NCBI RefSeq assembly: GCF_040938485.1
Contig: NW_027271017.1
Location: forward strand, 5,828,001-5,892,000
From: Diadema antillarum
Lineage: Eukaryota
DNA: 64,000 nucleotides
Reading direction: 5' to 3'
Part shown: piece after piece, positions 53,101 through 64,000 of the stretch
Position numbering within the stretch: position 1 is the first letter of the stretch
How the letters are laid out: every line of letters begins with the position of its first letter
Position numbers and translations under genes: made by a program
Notes under the pieces: generated by a model
Databases searched by the model: none
What the model was told of the DNA's origin: nothing
Seen by the model: the letters and a program-made list of their open reading frames with translations, nothing else

Positions 53101-56100
53101 CTCCTCTACAGCACATACGGTGATGAGGAGGGGCTCAAGTATTCACAAAGGTATGAGATGTTTGAAACTTTCACTGGCTTCATGCTATTCACAAAGGGTA
53201 CAGATAAGGCTAGGTTTTATGGACATGTTCTGTCATGTCTATTGCAGTCAAGACTGTAAGAATCTAAGTATTCCAAAATTTATTTTCAATTTCATATCTT
53301 GAATAGTGTGTTGACTTTTGATGACCGGAGGCATGTGTGTGTGTATCTCCTCTGAGTATTTCAAGGCGCCAAAGAATTCTTTCCGTTTTTGCATTGAGTG
53401 TTTGAAATATACATGCTTTGGGTATGAGATTAGAAAAAACATGCTGAGGTTTCCCCATTCTGCATAATCTTGAATTGAGAGGATAGATACCATAGCTCAT
53501 GATATTCTGTTTGTAAATTAGTAAGGTGGGGTCCTATTCTAATTTACTTTCCATGTACAAAATTTCACTATTGTTTTCCTGTTTTGTCATGATAACAGGA
53601 TCAAATACTTCAACTACTACCAACAAGGTACCCTTAAAAGTGATGTCATTCTTTTTCAGATGCCTGTACACTATTTAAAGATAGATGCCTCCAAAGATGG
53701 AAGATAAAATCAAAGTGTTTTATAGTGTGAATTTCCTGCTACCTTTTACCTTGTTTTTCTGTCTCCATGAGTTGTCATTCTCTCCCCTTTCTCTCCATCT
53801 CAGTCTCACCGTTTGTTGTGACACTTTCTCCCTTTCCCCCCCTCATCATATCTCTCTCCTGCAGTATTCAAGAGTACGTCAAGGACAGTGGGGACTTTGT
53901 GACCAAGCTGGTGGACAATCTACTGGACTCGCTGACCAACGGAGAGCACAGCAAAACCAAAGAGCAAATCAAGCAGGTGAGAGACATTGACTCGTAGGGC
54001 ACTACAGATCAACCACCATGGGCATTGTACAAGTGCAGTGGTTCATACAAGCAACAATCGTGTGTAAATGCCAATGTAGGTGTTAAAGGTGCATAGTCCC
54101 GGTAGTGTAGAGGGCGCTGTTGATGATACTGCCGATCACTGTTAGCATTGATACGAAGATTACCAAAGTTGAGCTGTCATCAAGAGTAAAGTGCGTAGGT
54201 GTTGCTAAGTAGCGTTGCCTCCATTGTCTTCTCTGTGCATCGCGCAGTCTGTAGTAATGCCAGGGTGCATGCATATGTGCTTGTTATTATGACATCACAA
54301 AAGAAGTTTGCTAAAGCTGTCATCCCCCTCAGCCGAATCATGAGCTGAACTGTGATCCGACCACTGACTACAGTGAATCGGACTTCTTCGGACTCAGGGA
54401 ATTGGGCCAAAGTGTAAGCGCTAAAGAGGAGCCAATAGCGTAGGTCTCTATAGGAAACTTGCGCCGTGCGCCCGCGTACGCATTTGACTAAAACACCGGG
54501 ACCATGCACCTTTAAAGGAGAAGATTTCTAAACTTGTCATTTATGCAATGTTATCTTCCTCATGCAGAATCATGAACAAGGCTCCCAGAAGGAGCAGACC
54601 GAACTTGGGAATGATGGGGTAAGTTGAATTCTGTCGAGTGTAAAGATAGATGAAACGTTTTCCTTGATTGAATATTTCAGTGACGACTACCTTTAAGTGC
54701 AATTACTTGTCTTGTTTCATCATATGAAGGGAAAGGTTCAGTTATTGAAGAATGTGGAAATAATGGAGTATCACGATAAGTAAAATTCTTCATTAACGGT
54801 ATGGCCGTCTGAATTCATAATTCAACTGATTATGTCCTTGTATTTGCAAGACTGGATTAACCGGGTTACCCGTGCCCAAAATAGCTAAATGAATAGATTT
54901 AAAAAGAAAATCAGTAGAATCATAGATACTCCATCATTAATCATTCTGGTAAATTCAGTTCATTCATAAACAAAAAAGAACATTTTATTTTGCTCATATC
55001 AATTCCTGGCATAATATTCACTTAGCACATGCGTAATACTTAATGCAAGGGTGTGCCATATACACCATATATTCAAATTTAAATCTAAATTTTTGCGAAT
55101 ATTGACATCCTGACAATTTTGCGAATGGTTAAGTTTGCGAATGTGGAGTACATTGTACTGAATGGAGAAATGTATCCATGAATGTGACATTTATGTCGAG
55201 ATCAGACTTAATATTTTTGTATGCTTTAGAATTTGTAATAGCACCCGACTCAATTTAAGAATCAATTATGATTTTAACGAGTAAGAGGCTTTTGAAAAAC
55301 TCTTCAACAGAAACAAACAGTTGTATATGAATGAAACATTGCTAAAAAAATGAAAGAAAAATGTTTACTCTGCCTTATCAAAACATCAACAAAGAATACC
55401 AAAAATTGTAATTAAAAGAAATGGCCAAAATGCATTAACAATGAATAGTAGAAATAATAATTCAAAAGAAAGCAGCAAAATGCAGAAATTTTTCAGGTTT
55501 CTAAATATTGACTGGTTAAAGGAGCGTGTGGTACGCTTATTGTAGCAATGACAACAAATTGTGCATGAGTTTAAGGCAATACATGCATGCGTTCTCTGGG
55601 TGATTTATAAAACATATATCTCACTGCTGCATCTTGACCAAGGTGGCAGCAGGTGCGGCATCCCAACCCTCCGATCAGGGCTTCAAGATTGACTACGATG
55701 GGCTGCGCTCCCTGGCCGATGAGGGCATCGATATATCTTTCCTGAATGACATGGGTATGTAGATGCCTAAACATCATTTGACTCAAAATAGCTATTAAAG
55801 TTTAAAGGGGTGGTATAGTTTTGGTTATGGTCCGAATAAAAGGTGGGACCACCTTTTATTAGGACCACTTTGTTTTGGGATATCTCAGCCATTTCAATAC
55901 TGATATTCATCAAACCACTTGTAAAATATGAAAGATCATACAATTCTAAGAGGAATTCAAAGTTTATATGATGAAAATCTATTTTGAAATTCATTAAGTC
56001 TGAACCCGTTGAGGACGGTTTGATTTTGCTACAACACACATTTCCCATAGACGCTTGCGCGAGTATACTCGGGACTCATCCTCAACGGGGTAAGTTTAAT

Positions 56101-57874
56101 TGAAATACTCCATCGCATTGAAGGGGAACTAGAAATGATCTTTGCAATAATCATGTGATATAGTTGTCTTTTATGATTTTTTTGTAAAGAGAGAGTTAAA
56201 TAGGACCATGCAGCCTTGTAATGTAGAGGTAATCTTTTACTAACTATGTGAATGGCTTAACACAGAGAGTAGTACAACTCACAGGGCCCCCTGTTAGTTT
56301 GTTCTTTCTTTTGTATATGTAAATTTTCATTATTATGTTATTTGTTTTTTATTATACCATAACATGCCTTTGAATTGCATAGCATGCGTGATGGCACTGT
56401 ACCAGTCTGAAGAGAAATGGAGCACCATGTTCTCTGAAGCTTTGATGAGAAGAATTCATAGAAACCTGTACCAGTTACAAGAGAAATTGGGGTACCAAAC
56501 TGTGAAGCTTTGATTAGACGAATTCATAGCAACATGTAATTAATTTGAAGAGAAATGGGGGTACCATTCTCTGAAGCTCTGATGAGAAGAATTAACAGCA
56601 ACCTGTACCCGTCTGAAGAGAAATGGGGATGCTATTCTATGAAGCAGTGATTGGGAAAGTTAGTTTAATCTTGAGAACAGGATCCTCCTCTAATCATTGT
56701 CACCACCTTCCTCCTACCCCTTTTCCTTCCCCCACCTTCCTACCCTCCTTTCTCCTCCCCTCCAGAGAAGGAACTGACCTCCCAGGAGAAGCTCCAGAGC
56801 GAGACCAAAAAGGAGGTGGATAAGAAGCTGGGTAAGACGGCTGAGCTGATCTATGAGCTGGAGCGCACCCAGAACGAGCGGCTGGGCCGCAAGCCGCCCC
56901 CTCACCTCCAGTACGTCTCGGGGCCCTCAGAGCAGGAGTTTGCCATCGCTGAACAGCTGACCCAGCACCTCAAAGAGCTCACGGCCAAGGTGAGTTTGGT
57001 TGTGTCTTTGGCCCCTCTTAGGTCGTCTTTCGTCTGAATTGATGTTCACTGAAGCAGAGGAATAGATACATGTAATGTATTGCACGTAGCACTTATCAAT
57101 ATCCATGTACAGAAACTTGAATATAGGGATGTGCTATGTTCTAAAATTGCATATGATTTTGGAGGAGCAACAAGAAGTCTTCAAACAACACAATTAGGAA
57201 TTCGTACTAGATCACTCAAAGGACACTTATGAAATGTGGTAAAGTGAGTAGCCTGTCTTATATGCAATCAAAATTCCAAATACATTCCAAATGTAGGTTT
57301 CATGACAGTTCAGTGTCCAAAAACAAATTTAAATTTTTCAGTTTAATATCAAGGAGTCCTGTCCATGAATTCTTTTTAATTTAATTTGTACTTGTGATTT
57401 CTGTATACAAGAAAATGCTTATATTTTAGGGAAAATCAGTGTAGCAAGGGGACAGTGGTCTTGGTCAAATCAAATGCTGATGAATGCAAATGATATGTCC
57501 ATGCGTTTTGCTTTTCAACATTTTTGATGAAATTCTTATCTTTCCAGACAATGCCGGCGAACCTCACGACTGCGGAGTCCGTCCGGCGTGCCATGGGAGT
57601 CACCGTGGAACCCGTTCTCGACTCGCCGTCATCCCCCTCCGTAACCTCGCACCCGGCTCCGAGCGAGACGACGGAGAGCAGCGCGATGCCGGACGACAAC
57701 GCCCTCCCTGACGACATCGCCAAGGAGCTGGAGGCGGAGGATGACGTGGGGACCGCGGGCGAGTTGGACGGCAAGGGGGACGACGATGACGTAGTGGACG
57801 ACGACGTCGGGGAGGAGCTACTGGAGTTGTTGAGGGATAAAGGAGATGGTGATGCTGTGGTGGATACAGCATAA
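41159..57874 (+). CDS. BRD7/9: Bromodomain-containing protein 7/9 (bromodomain + DUF3512), 15 coding exons, about 747 aa
   Basis: Exons: 41159-41207, 43501-43718, 44379-44565, 45380-45437, 45870-46014, 47363-47473, 48065-48279, 50770-50890, 52127-52304, 53015-53150, 53865-53976, 54568-54618, 55643-55754, 56766-56989, 57548-57874. All are GT-AG with consistent phases; 2244 nt. Motifs: MGKKHKK, PLRLVLKVG, poly-K, bromodomain LQRKDVDGFFAWPVNDIIAPGYS..PMDFSTMK..MCENAMKYN, YGPFSSYAPQYDSSF, ELERTQNERL, ESVRRAMGV. Confidence 0.95.
42243..42634 (+). mobile_element. TTAA-AGGG family MITE copy
   Basis: Homologous to 31780-32170; right end CTGTACAGTCCCT-CTAA. Confidence 0.75.
44067..44309. mobile_element. 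Foldback MITE with ~90-bp arms, each starting with an internal palindrome
   Basis: TGGTACAATCTTGTCCATGGTTTAAACCATGGACAAAGA.. is mirrored at 44220-44309. Confidence 0.85.
46081..46402. mobile_element. Foldback/TIR element
   Basis: TATTGACCGATTC versus GATTCGGTCAATA; inner GGTGTCTTAGCCGACCCCC versus GGGGGTCAGCTAAGACACC. Confidence 0.7.
48381..48802. mobile_element. TA-flanked pogo/Tc1-type MITE
   Basis: TACAGTTGAACCTCT and AGAGGTTCAACTGTA termini; CCGGATA subrepeats. Confidence 0.85.
48890..49115. repeat. Compound trinucleotide microsatellite (GAT/TAA/TAG/CAT)
   Basis: Seen directly; it produces the low-complexity ORFs in the track. Confidence 0.9.
49534..50650. mobile_element. Composite: ~195-bp foldback, CpG-rich core, ~155-bp foldback
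   Basis: Imperfect palindromes at 49534-49728 and about 50497-50650 flank a core rich in CTAG/AGATCT and CpG. Confidence 0.5.
54083..54515 (+). mobile_element. Full TTAA-flanked (Kolobok-like) MITE
   Basis: TTAA-AGGTGCATAGTCCCGG ... CCGGGACCATGCACCT-TTAA. Confidence 0.85.
56003..56093 (+). mobile_element. piggyBac-like mini-element, copy 1
   Basis: AACCCGTTGAGGAC...CATCCTCAACGGGGTAA; homologous to 58306-58397. Confidence 0.7.
56397..56657 (+). repeat. Degenerate ~68-bp minisatellite, about 4 units
   Basis: Recurring ctgtacc....gaagagaaatgg....tctctgaagct.tgatgagaagaatt. Confidence 0.8.
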
Positions 57875-58305
57875 ATGGACACTGGTTTTAGAGAAATACC
57901 AGCAAAGAGTTGCAAACTGGATGCACACATGCCAACAGTTGCTGTTTTTTTTTTTGGGGGGGGGGGGTTTGGCCCAAAAATACTGAAGGTTTTGCGAAAA
58001 ATACTATTTTTGTCCGAATTGTATCATCCATTCCTGACATCTGTTGCAGAAAAGGTTAAGATACGGATTTTCCACAAAAAATATACCATATCAACCTTGA
58101 GAATACTACAGTGCTGTCTACAAGGTTAGCATTCCTTCGTCCTGTTCTTGCTTCCTGCAGTTCTCTGAAGTGTGGAGGAAAATTTGTATGAAGCCCAAGT
58201 GAAGATGGAAAATTGGATCTGTGCATGTATCCACTGCAATGGAATAGGTTGCTCTCTTTCCAGGAAATAACCATGGGTTCATACATGCAGCATGGACTGA
58301 AACTA

Positions 58306-58397
58306 TTAACCCGTTGAGGACCGGCTGATTGGGTACAACACACATTTCCCATGGACCCTTGCCCGTGTATACTCTGGACTCGTCTTCAACGGGTTAA
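58306..58397 (+). mobile_element. piggyBac-like mini-element, copy 2
   Basis: TTAA-CCCGTTGAGGAC ... GTCTTCAACGGG-TTAA. Confidence 0.8.
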
Positions 58398-58497
58398 GTA
58401 GTGATTTTAGTAACTGGACCACTAGATTGTCAGTTACTTGCTGGGACAATGCTACTTTTGACAAAAGTGATACAGATGATATGTAGTAGTGTGTGAA

Positions 58498-59235
58498 TGG
58501 GTGATTTCAAGTTCGGTGCTAGTGCTAGTGCTAGTGCTATCTCAGCACTAGCACCGGCGATAAAACCAAACTTGAAATCACGTCGGTGTTGGGAGTTGAC
58601 CTCAAAATTATGACGTATATCTGGTTGCTGGTGCTGGGCTCGGTGTTGAATGTCGTCTGCTGAACCGAGCTCCGCCGTTTGTGTTAGCGATTTACGTGCT
58701 TTTTCGCCATTGACTAACGCTAGCCCCTAGGGATTATCATTTTCGTCATTTCAAGTTCGGTGCTGGTGTTAGCGTTGCCGTGCGAGACCCGTAATCATTT
58801 CCGTAATAGATGCACATTTTATGTGCAAAGTCTATGCTAATGCAGTGGTCGCCCAGTTCGTAAAGAAGACGAACACTCCGGACATGGCTATATAAATCTG
58901 AGCCCGGGAGCAAAATTAAGATAGTTGTGTTTTGGGGAATAGATGAAATTTGTGCCATTTTAATCCATCTTCCTCACTATGTGTCTAAAACTAAGCAGTT
59001 TGGCTACATCTTTTGATATTTGACTGTAATTATGTGCCGGACCGCGAGCTCCGCGGGAATTGCGCAATTCCCGCGGAGCTCGCGGTGCTGTGATTTCAAC
59101 ACCTACTGCTGGTGATCGATAATTTTGATCGGTATCGCCACGTTAATCTGACCGTTGGTGTTGGAGCTCGATTTAAGGCTCTTATTCAGGGGCTAGCACT
59201 AGCACTAGCACTAGCACCGAACTTGAAATCACCCA
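58498..59235. mobile_element. TIR element (Harbinger-like ends) with (GCTAGT)n subterminal repeats and an internal perfect palindrome
   Basis: TGGGTGATTTCAAGTTCGGTGCTAGTGCTAGTGCTAG is inverted at 59195-59235; internal terminus-like copies near 58570 and 58750. Confidence 0.8.
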
Positions 59236-59927
59236 GTGTGTGTGTGTGTGTGGGGGGGGGGGGGGGTTCCTTGCCTTGCAAATTCAACATCACAGGATGA
59301 TATTGTATATTATGTATTTATTTTCCACTTGGAAGGTTGGAATCCCTTTCAGCAGATGCTGACTTTTTAAGGGATCCAATACATATTGAAAACATACAAT
59401 TCATTTTATACATAATACAAATACAAAATTAAAGAATGAGTGCATTAATCAGATCAAACACCTCACAGGCATTTACAAAGCCAATTTTATTTCAGTAATA
59501 ATACAAATGAACCAAGTACCATGTTGTCCTTAGTGCGCAGTCGTTTAAGTGCATCTTGCGATGCAATTTGAGGTCATTCTTCAAACAGCCTCACAATGTC
59601 ATGAAACCATTCTGTAGCAGTTCGGTAGCAATGTCTCATACAGACCCTCAGAGTTAATTCTGATGGGCATGATGTCCTTGCGATGATGATGTCGATGTTG
59701 AACAGCATTCAAATAGTGACATTCATCAGTGAAGCGTTGAAAGGCGCTGGCCCCCACAATCGCAAAAATGTTTCCTCGCGTATTATTTCTCATATGCCAT
59801 GCTGTTTGATAAGGATGCAGTACTTTGCAACACTTTACCTCATGGTGTCGCTACCACTCTAATGAGGCTGAATCTCTTTGGAGTATGTGGTGTTTAAGCC
59901 AGAAGAGTGGGCCTGAAATCATGAGAT

Positions 59928-60071
59928 CAGAGGGGCATTTCATGAAGCATTTTGTCCAACAACTTTGTAGGACAAATTTGCTCTCAGCCAATCAGATGCA
60001 AGGATTTCAGTAGCTTTTAACAGTTTGTCAGATGAAATATCCGACAAAATGCTTCATGAAATGCTCCCCTG
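59928..60071. mobile_element. Short MITE
   Basis: CAGAGGGGCATTTCATGAAGCATTTTGTC versus GACAAAATGCTTCATGAAATGCTCCCCTG. Confidence 0.8.
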
Positions 60072-61454
60072 GACTGTGAGCTGTGGAGATAAAACCTATA
60101 TTAAGTCTTTACATAATTTCAGACCCTACAAAGCTCATCACCATTCCTTTTAAGAAATATTTTTTTTTTGTGTCCAAACATGCGTAATCAATCTCTACTG
60201 CCTTTGTAACGACTTGCCCGCATTTTCTTCAGTGCCATCTAGGAGTTGGACTGTTTGGGCTGAGAGTGTAAGTGAGGAATTTTATTAGGTTTGTGCCAAG
60301 GCACAGTAGTAGGGTCATATATCCTTTCAGCACCAGAGAAGTGCATTTTAGCTCTTCTCATCATTATCAGTACAGACCAAGTTCTACGTGGAGCACTCGC
60401 AGCTCTTTAATATGGCTCGCATGTATAGCAACTGCTAGTATACTTGCCTTGAATGTGAAAGTAAGGGTCTGTGTAGAAACCTTTGACGCATGTCTATTTG
60501 TGAATATATTTATGACGTCGTCGACTGCTGCATCAGTGTTGAAGCAGAAGCAAAACAAAGTAAATGTAGTATGCGTGGGTCAGTTTCCATTATGCTACAA
60601 GGAGTAGAAAGCTAATTATATCCTCATTTTCCGAGCTTATGTGCAAACAGTTGTACTACCTTATCTTAAGTAGCAATGGCAACAGCATTGGGGCATGCTT
60701 GCTATGGATGGTTGGAAATTGAACCCGACTTTGAATACGCTTATGCAACAGGAGCGTAACCTTGTTAATGTACACACCTGGCAGTTATGCTTTATTTTAT
60801 CAAGACAACAATTCAGCTGTTATTCCTAAAAGTTCCTCAGAAGTCCTCTGAAAAGCTGCTACATGCATCATTGGGAAAAGTGTCAGATGTAAGCTTTGTA
60901 CCCCTTTCCATTTCAAGTGTGACCAAACTTTGGCATATGCCTTGAGTTTGTCGAATCCTAGAAGATGGTGTTCACGTATGTGTGGATACCTTCATGTAAT
61001 GATTGGCATCATTCATACACATGTGTGCATTTGGGTAATACTTTTTTTTTGTAATGTATTGTAGCTGGTTCCATTTTTGACCTTATTATGTATTGTGTCT
61101 CATCTTTCTTGCAGGAGATGATCAAGGATTCAATATTGCTTGATGGGCCAAATGTGTTCTTGTGAATTAAAAAAGCAACAAATGTTTCTAATTGTTTGTG
61201 TGAAAATGTTACCTTTGGTTGTCAGTCGCTGGCATGCAAAAGACTAGTGGTTATGAAATAAATTGTCTCGATTATTTTGTGCAAATACATGTATGCAACA
61301 TTCTTTCCGTGGATCGGGCATGGTGATTAGTGTGCAATCTCAAGAGTGATCAGTGTTTACCAACATGGCAGTGTCATGTTTAGAATGTTGGATGTCATGA
61401 TGTAAGGGATGTGACATGGATATCTCAGGTCATGATGTAGCATGTAATATGGGC

Positions 61455-62625
61455 AATACGTACACATACACACAACCACACACACACACACACACACACA
61501 CTCACTCACAGAAATGCATGTTTTATCCAAGTTTACACATGTACAATGAGATATACAGTGTATATATACAGTGTATATATACAGCCTAACATGCCCATCT
61601 AACAATCATGTACATGTACTGATACATGTACAGTATGTCCCCCAAAAAAAATTACAATCGGATTTTTGCAGTGATAACTTCCAATATGATTAAACTGTCT
61701 GAATGCTATTTCAGGGTCTAAAAATATAACATCTTACCTATATTTTGCAGAAAACCCCATTCAATTTGGTTAAGTGGTCACAGAGAAATATGAATCGTTG
61801 TGAAGCATATCGTGGATGTGATTCTTCCAAGTTTAGCACTTAGATGCTCTTGGAACTACATATTAAAGGTCCTGTTTACCATTGGGAGCAGTGAATTACA
61901 AAAATGTTTGAGTTATCACATTTTATGTATATGTGTAGGTCAGTTGTGTCACAAAACATCCTACAATATACAAATTTTGCAATAAAGCCTAAAATATAAG
62001 GAGATATCACTGTTTTTCTTACTTAACCATAACTGTAGACAGTTTAGTCCAGAAACAATTTTATTATAACAATTGTTCACATTTTGTATATTTAACAATA
62101 CTTAACAATGATTATAATGGTTAATTTTGTTACATTCATTGTTTCTGTCCCTAACTCACATTTTAGAACTATATTGAAGCCTGAGTTTTTGTTTCCTCTG
62201 CAAATGGTAAATAAAACCTTTAATGTGTGAACACAATGGACAGAACTTGGAGGGAAGGGATTCCTGACGTGCTCTACAAAAATCCTCATTTCTCTTTGAC
62301 CACTGAAGCAAATCGGATGGGGTCTTCTGTTAGATGTGGGTAATAAGTTATAGTTCCATACCTTGAAACTGTATTTGGATTGATTCACTATTTTTAAAGT
62401 TATCAGTGCAGAGGGTCCCGTTGTAATTTTTTGGGGGACATACGGTACAATGGATTATGTGTGTGTGTGTGCATGTGTATGTCTGTATTTGCACATATAT
62501 GGATGGATTTCTGTATGCATATTTTATATGATTATGTATGAATGTATGTGTGTGTGTGTGCATGTACGTGTATGTGTATGTGTGTATGTGCATGTTTGTA
62601 TGTGTGTATAGATGTATGTTTGTTA
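61455..62625. repeat. (CA)n and (TG/TATG)n microsatellite tracts
   Basis: CA tract at about 61460-61505; TG-rich tracts at about 62455-62620. Confidence 0.85.
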
Positions 62626-64000
62626 GTTCTCCCTGCTCCATTGGTCACACACTGGCCAAAATATTGTTCATCCCAGAAAAGGTCAGACGCTAGTCATTGT
62701 ATTCAATGAAAACTATGTTTTAAATGGGGTTGTTGTTTTTTTGTGAAGCATTCTCTTATTTTTAACATGATTGACATTCCTGAAGCACAACTGCAGATCC
62801 CTTTACTAGACCGGGCAACTGACCCTCATGGGCAACTTGACTATATAATTGTACAAGTACATGTTATGAATGTTAAATTGAATCGAAGATTTTAATCTGT
62901 ACGGGTCACTTCGTGATCATCTCTAGAACGCTTGAACAGATGGAACTTCCTTTTTTTTCCCGATACGATTGATTGCTTTTCTAAATGGGCCGTACAAATG
63001 TTGTGACAGTCTCTAGCGGCATCATTGATATCGAGGGATGTTACCTGATAAAAAAATCACGTAATTCGACGAAGTGATCAAACTACCCAATGCTACACCT
63101 ATTTCCTTTTTCGTGGAGGGCTGTGAGGTGTGTATGTACAAATATTCCACATAAGGGATACATGATGATATAGTGCGTAGTGACTGAGAAATGACTGATA
63201 AGTCACTCTTCTTTCTATGACGAGGATTATCATTTCACTGCGGTGTAGAGGTAGGATGATTTCGTTTGTTTGCTTTTACGAAGTAGCGTAGGTGTTGGCC
63301 ACGGCTGTGTGACTGCACTCTTTATAACCTCCCTGAGTCTAAACGGCGAAGAAGATGCAACGGTAAAAACTCGTCATCACTATGGAATGTTACCGCACGG
63401 CCGCTCGGCGACTTTGCAAACAACCGGTATAACATGACACATGCATACATAGTTATCATGTTTGAATTGACTGAGATTGACAATGATTACATAATACTGT
63501 TGACTCGATCGTCAGTCGTGACATGAGGTTGTCGCCGATGACAATATCAAACATACTCAAACTCGTCAAAAAGGAGAGGCGAAATGACTGCTTGGACAAA
63601 ACGCACGTCACATACATAATGTACAATGCACTTTCTATGAATGAAACGATTCCTTGCATTCATAGAACACATTATATGAATGAAATGTAAAATACTGTAG
63701 GATTCTACGAAAATATTATGTCACTTAATACAAATTAAACATAGTACCTGCATCATGTTTGAAATATTAAAACAGTGAAATTGTAACCATTTAGTTTTAG
63801 TTTTAGTGGGAATGGGCCAATAAATGAACTACTTTTACCCCGATACAGAAAAAGTAGCCTGCTCACCACCTAGCTGTTTTTGCCGGATCACTAATGAGCT
63901 TATGCATATGCGCATGGCATACATATTTTATATCAAAAGAGCTGTTGTTTCCACTCTACCGAGACGATGAGTGCAGGGGCTCCGCATCACTGTTTCAGCT

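Noticed and set aside
57436-57930. 164-aa and 90-aa antisense ORFs over the last BRD7/9 exon
   Set aside because: Expected shadow ORFs of a GC-rich low-complexity exon; no independent splice or promoter evidence.
60272-64000. Short ORFs at the right end as a fifth gene
   Set aside because: No conserved motifs or consistent splice sites; dominated by microsatellites and repeat fragments.

Overview
Intron-rich, AT-rich animal genomic DNA (no prokaryotic or viral features, no CRISPR). The repeat content and lectin domain types suggest a marine invertebrate deuterostome, probably an echinoderm (inference only). Four spliced protein-coding genes can be rebuilt by hand with consistent splice phases. 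(1) A minus-strand secreted lectin gene: signal peptide, SUEL/rhamnose-binding lectin domain, then the first half of a C-type lectin domain, possibly continuing off the left edge. (2) TMEM70, minus strand, 2 coding exons. (3) VPS4, minus strand, 11 coding exons, with a GC-AG intron and an apparent frameshift in exon 5. (4) BRD7/9, plus strand, 15 coding exons, about 747 aa, head-to-head with VPS4. Introns and intergenic DNA hold many non-autonomous DNA transposons (TA-, TTAA- and TWA-flanked MITEs, foldbacks, Helentron/HINE-like elements with internal satellite arrays) and a 5'-truncated R4/Dong-type RLE retrotransposon in a microsatellite. A 173-N gap lies at 18048-18220. I found no clearly new biological system. 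The best leads are a small foldback motif recurring in the first intron of three adjacent genes, two orphan promoter-like islands inside terminally structured elements, and the VPS4 frameshift. All alignments were done by eye; no database searches were run.
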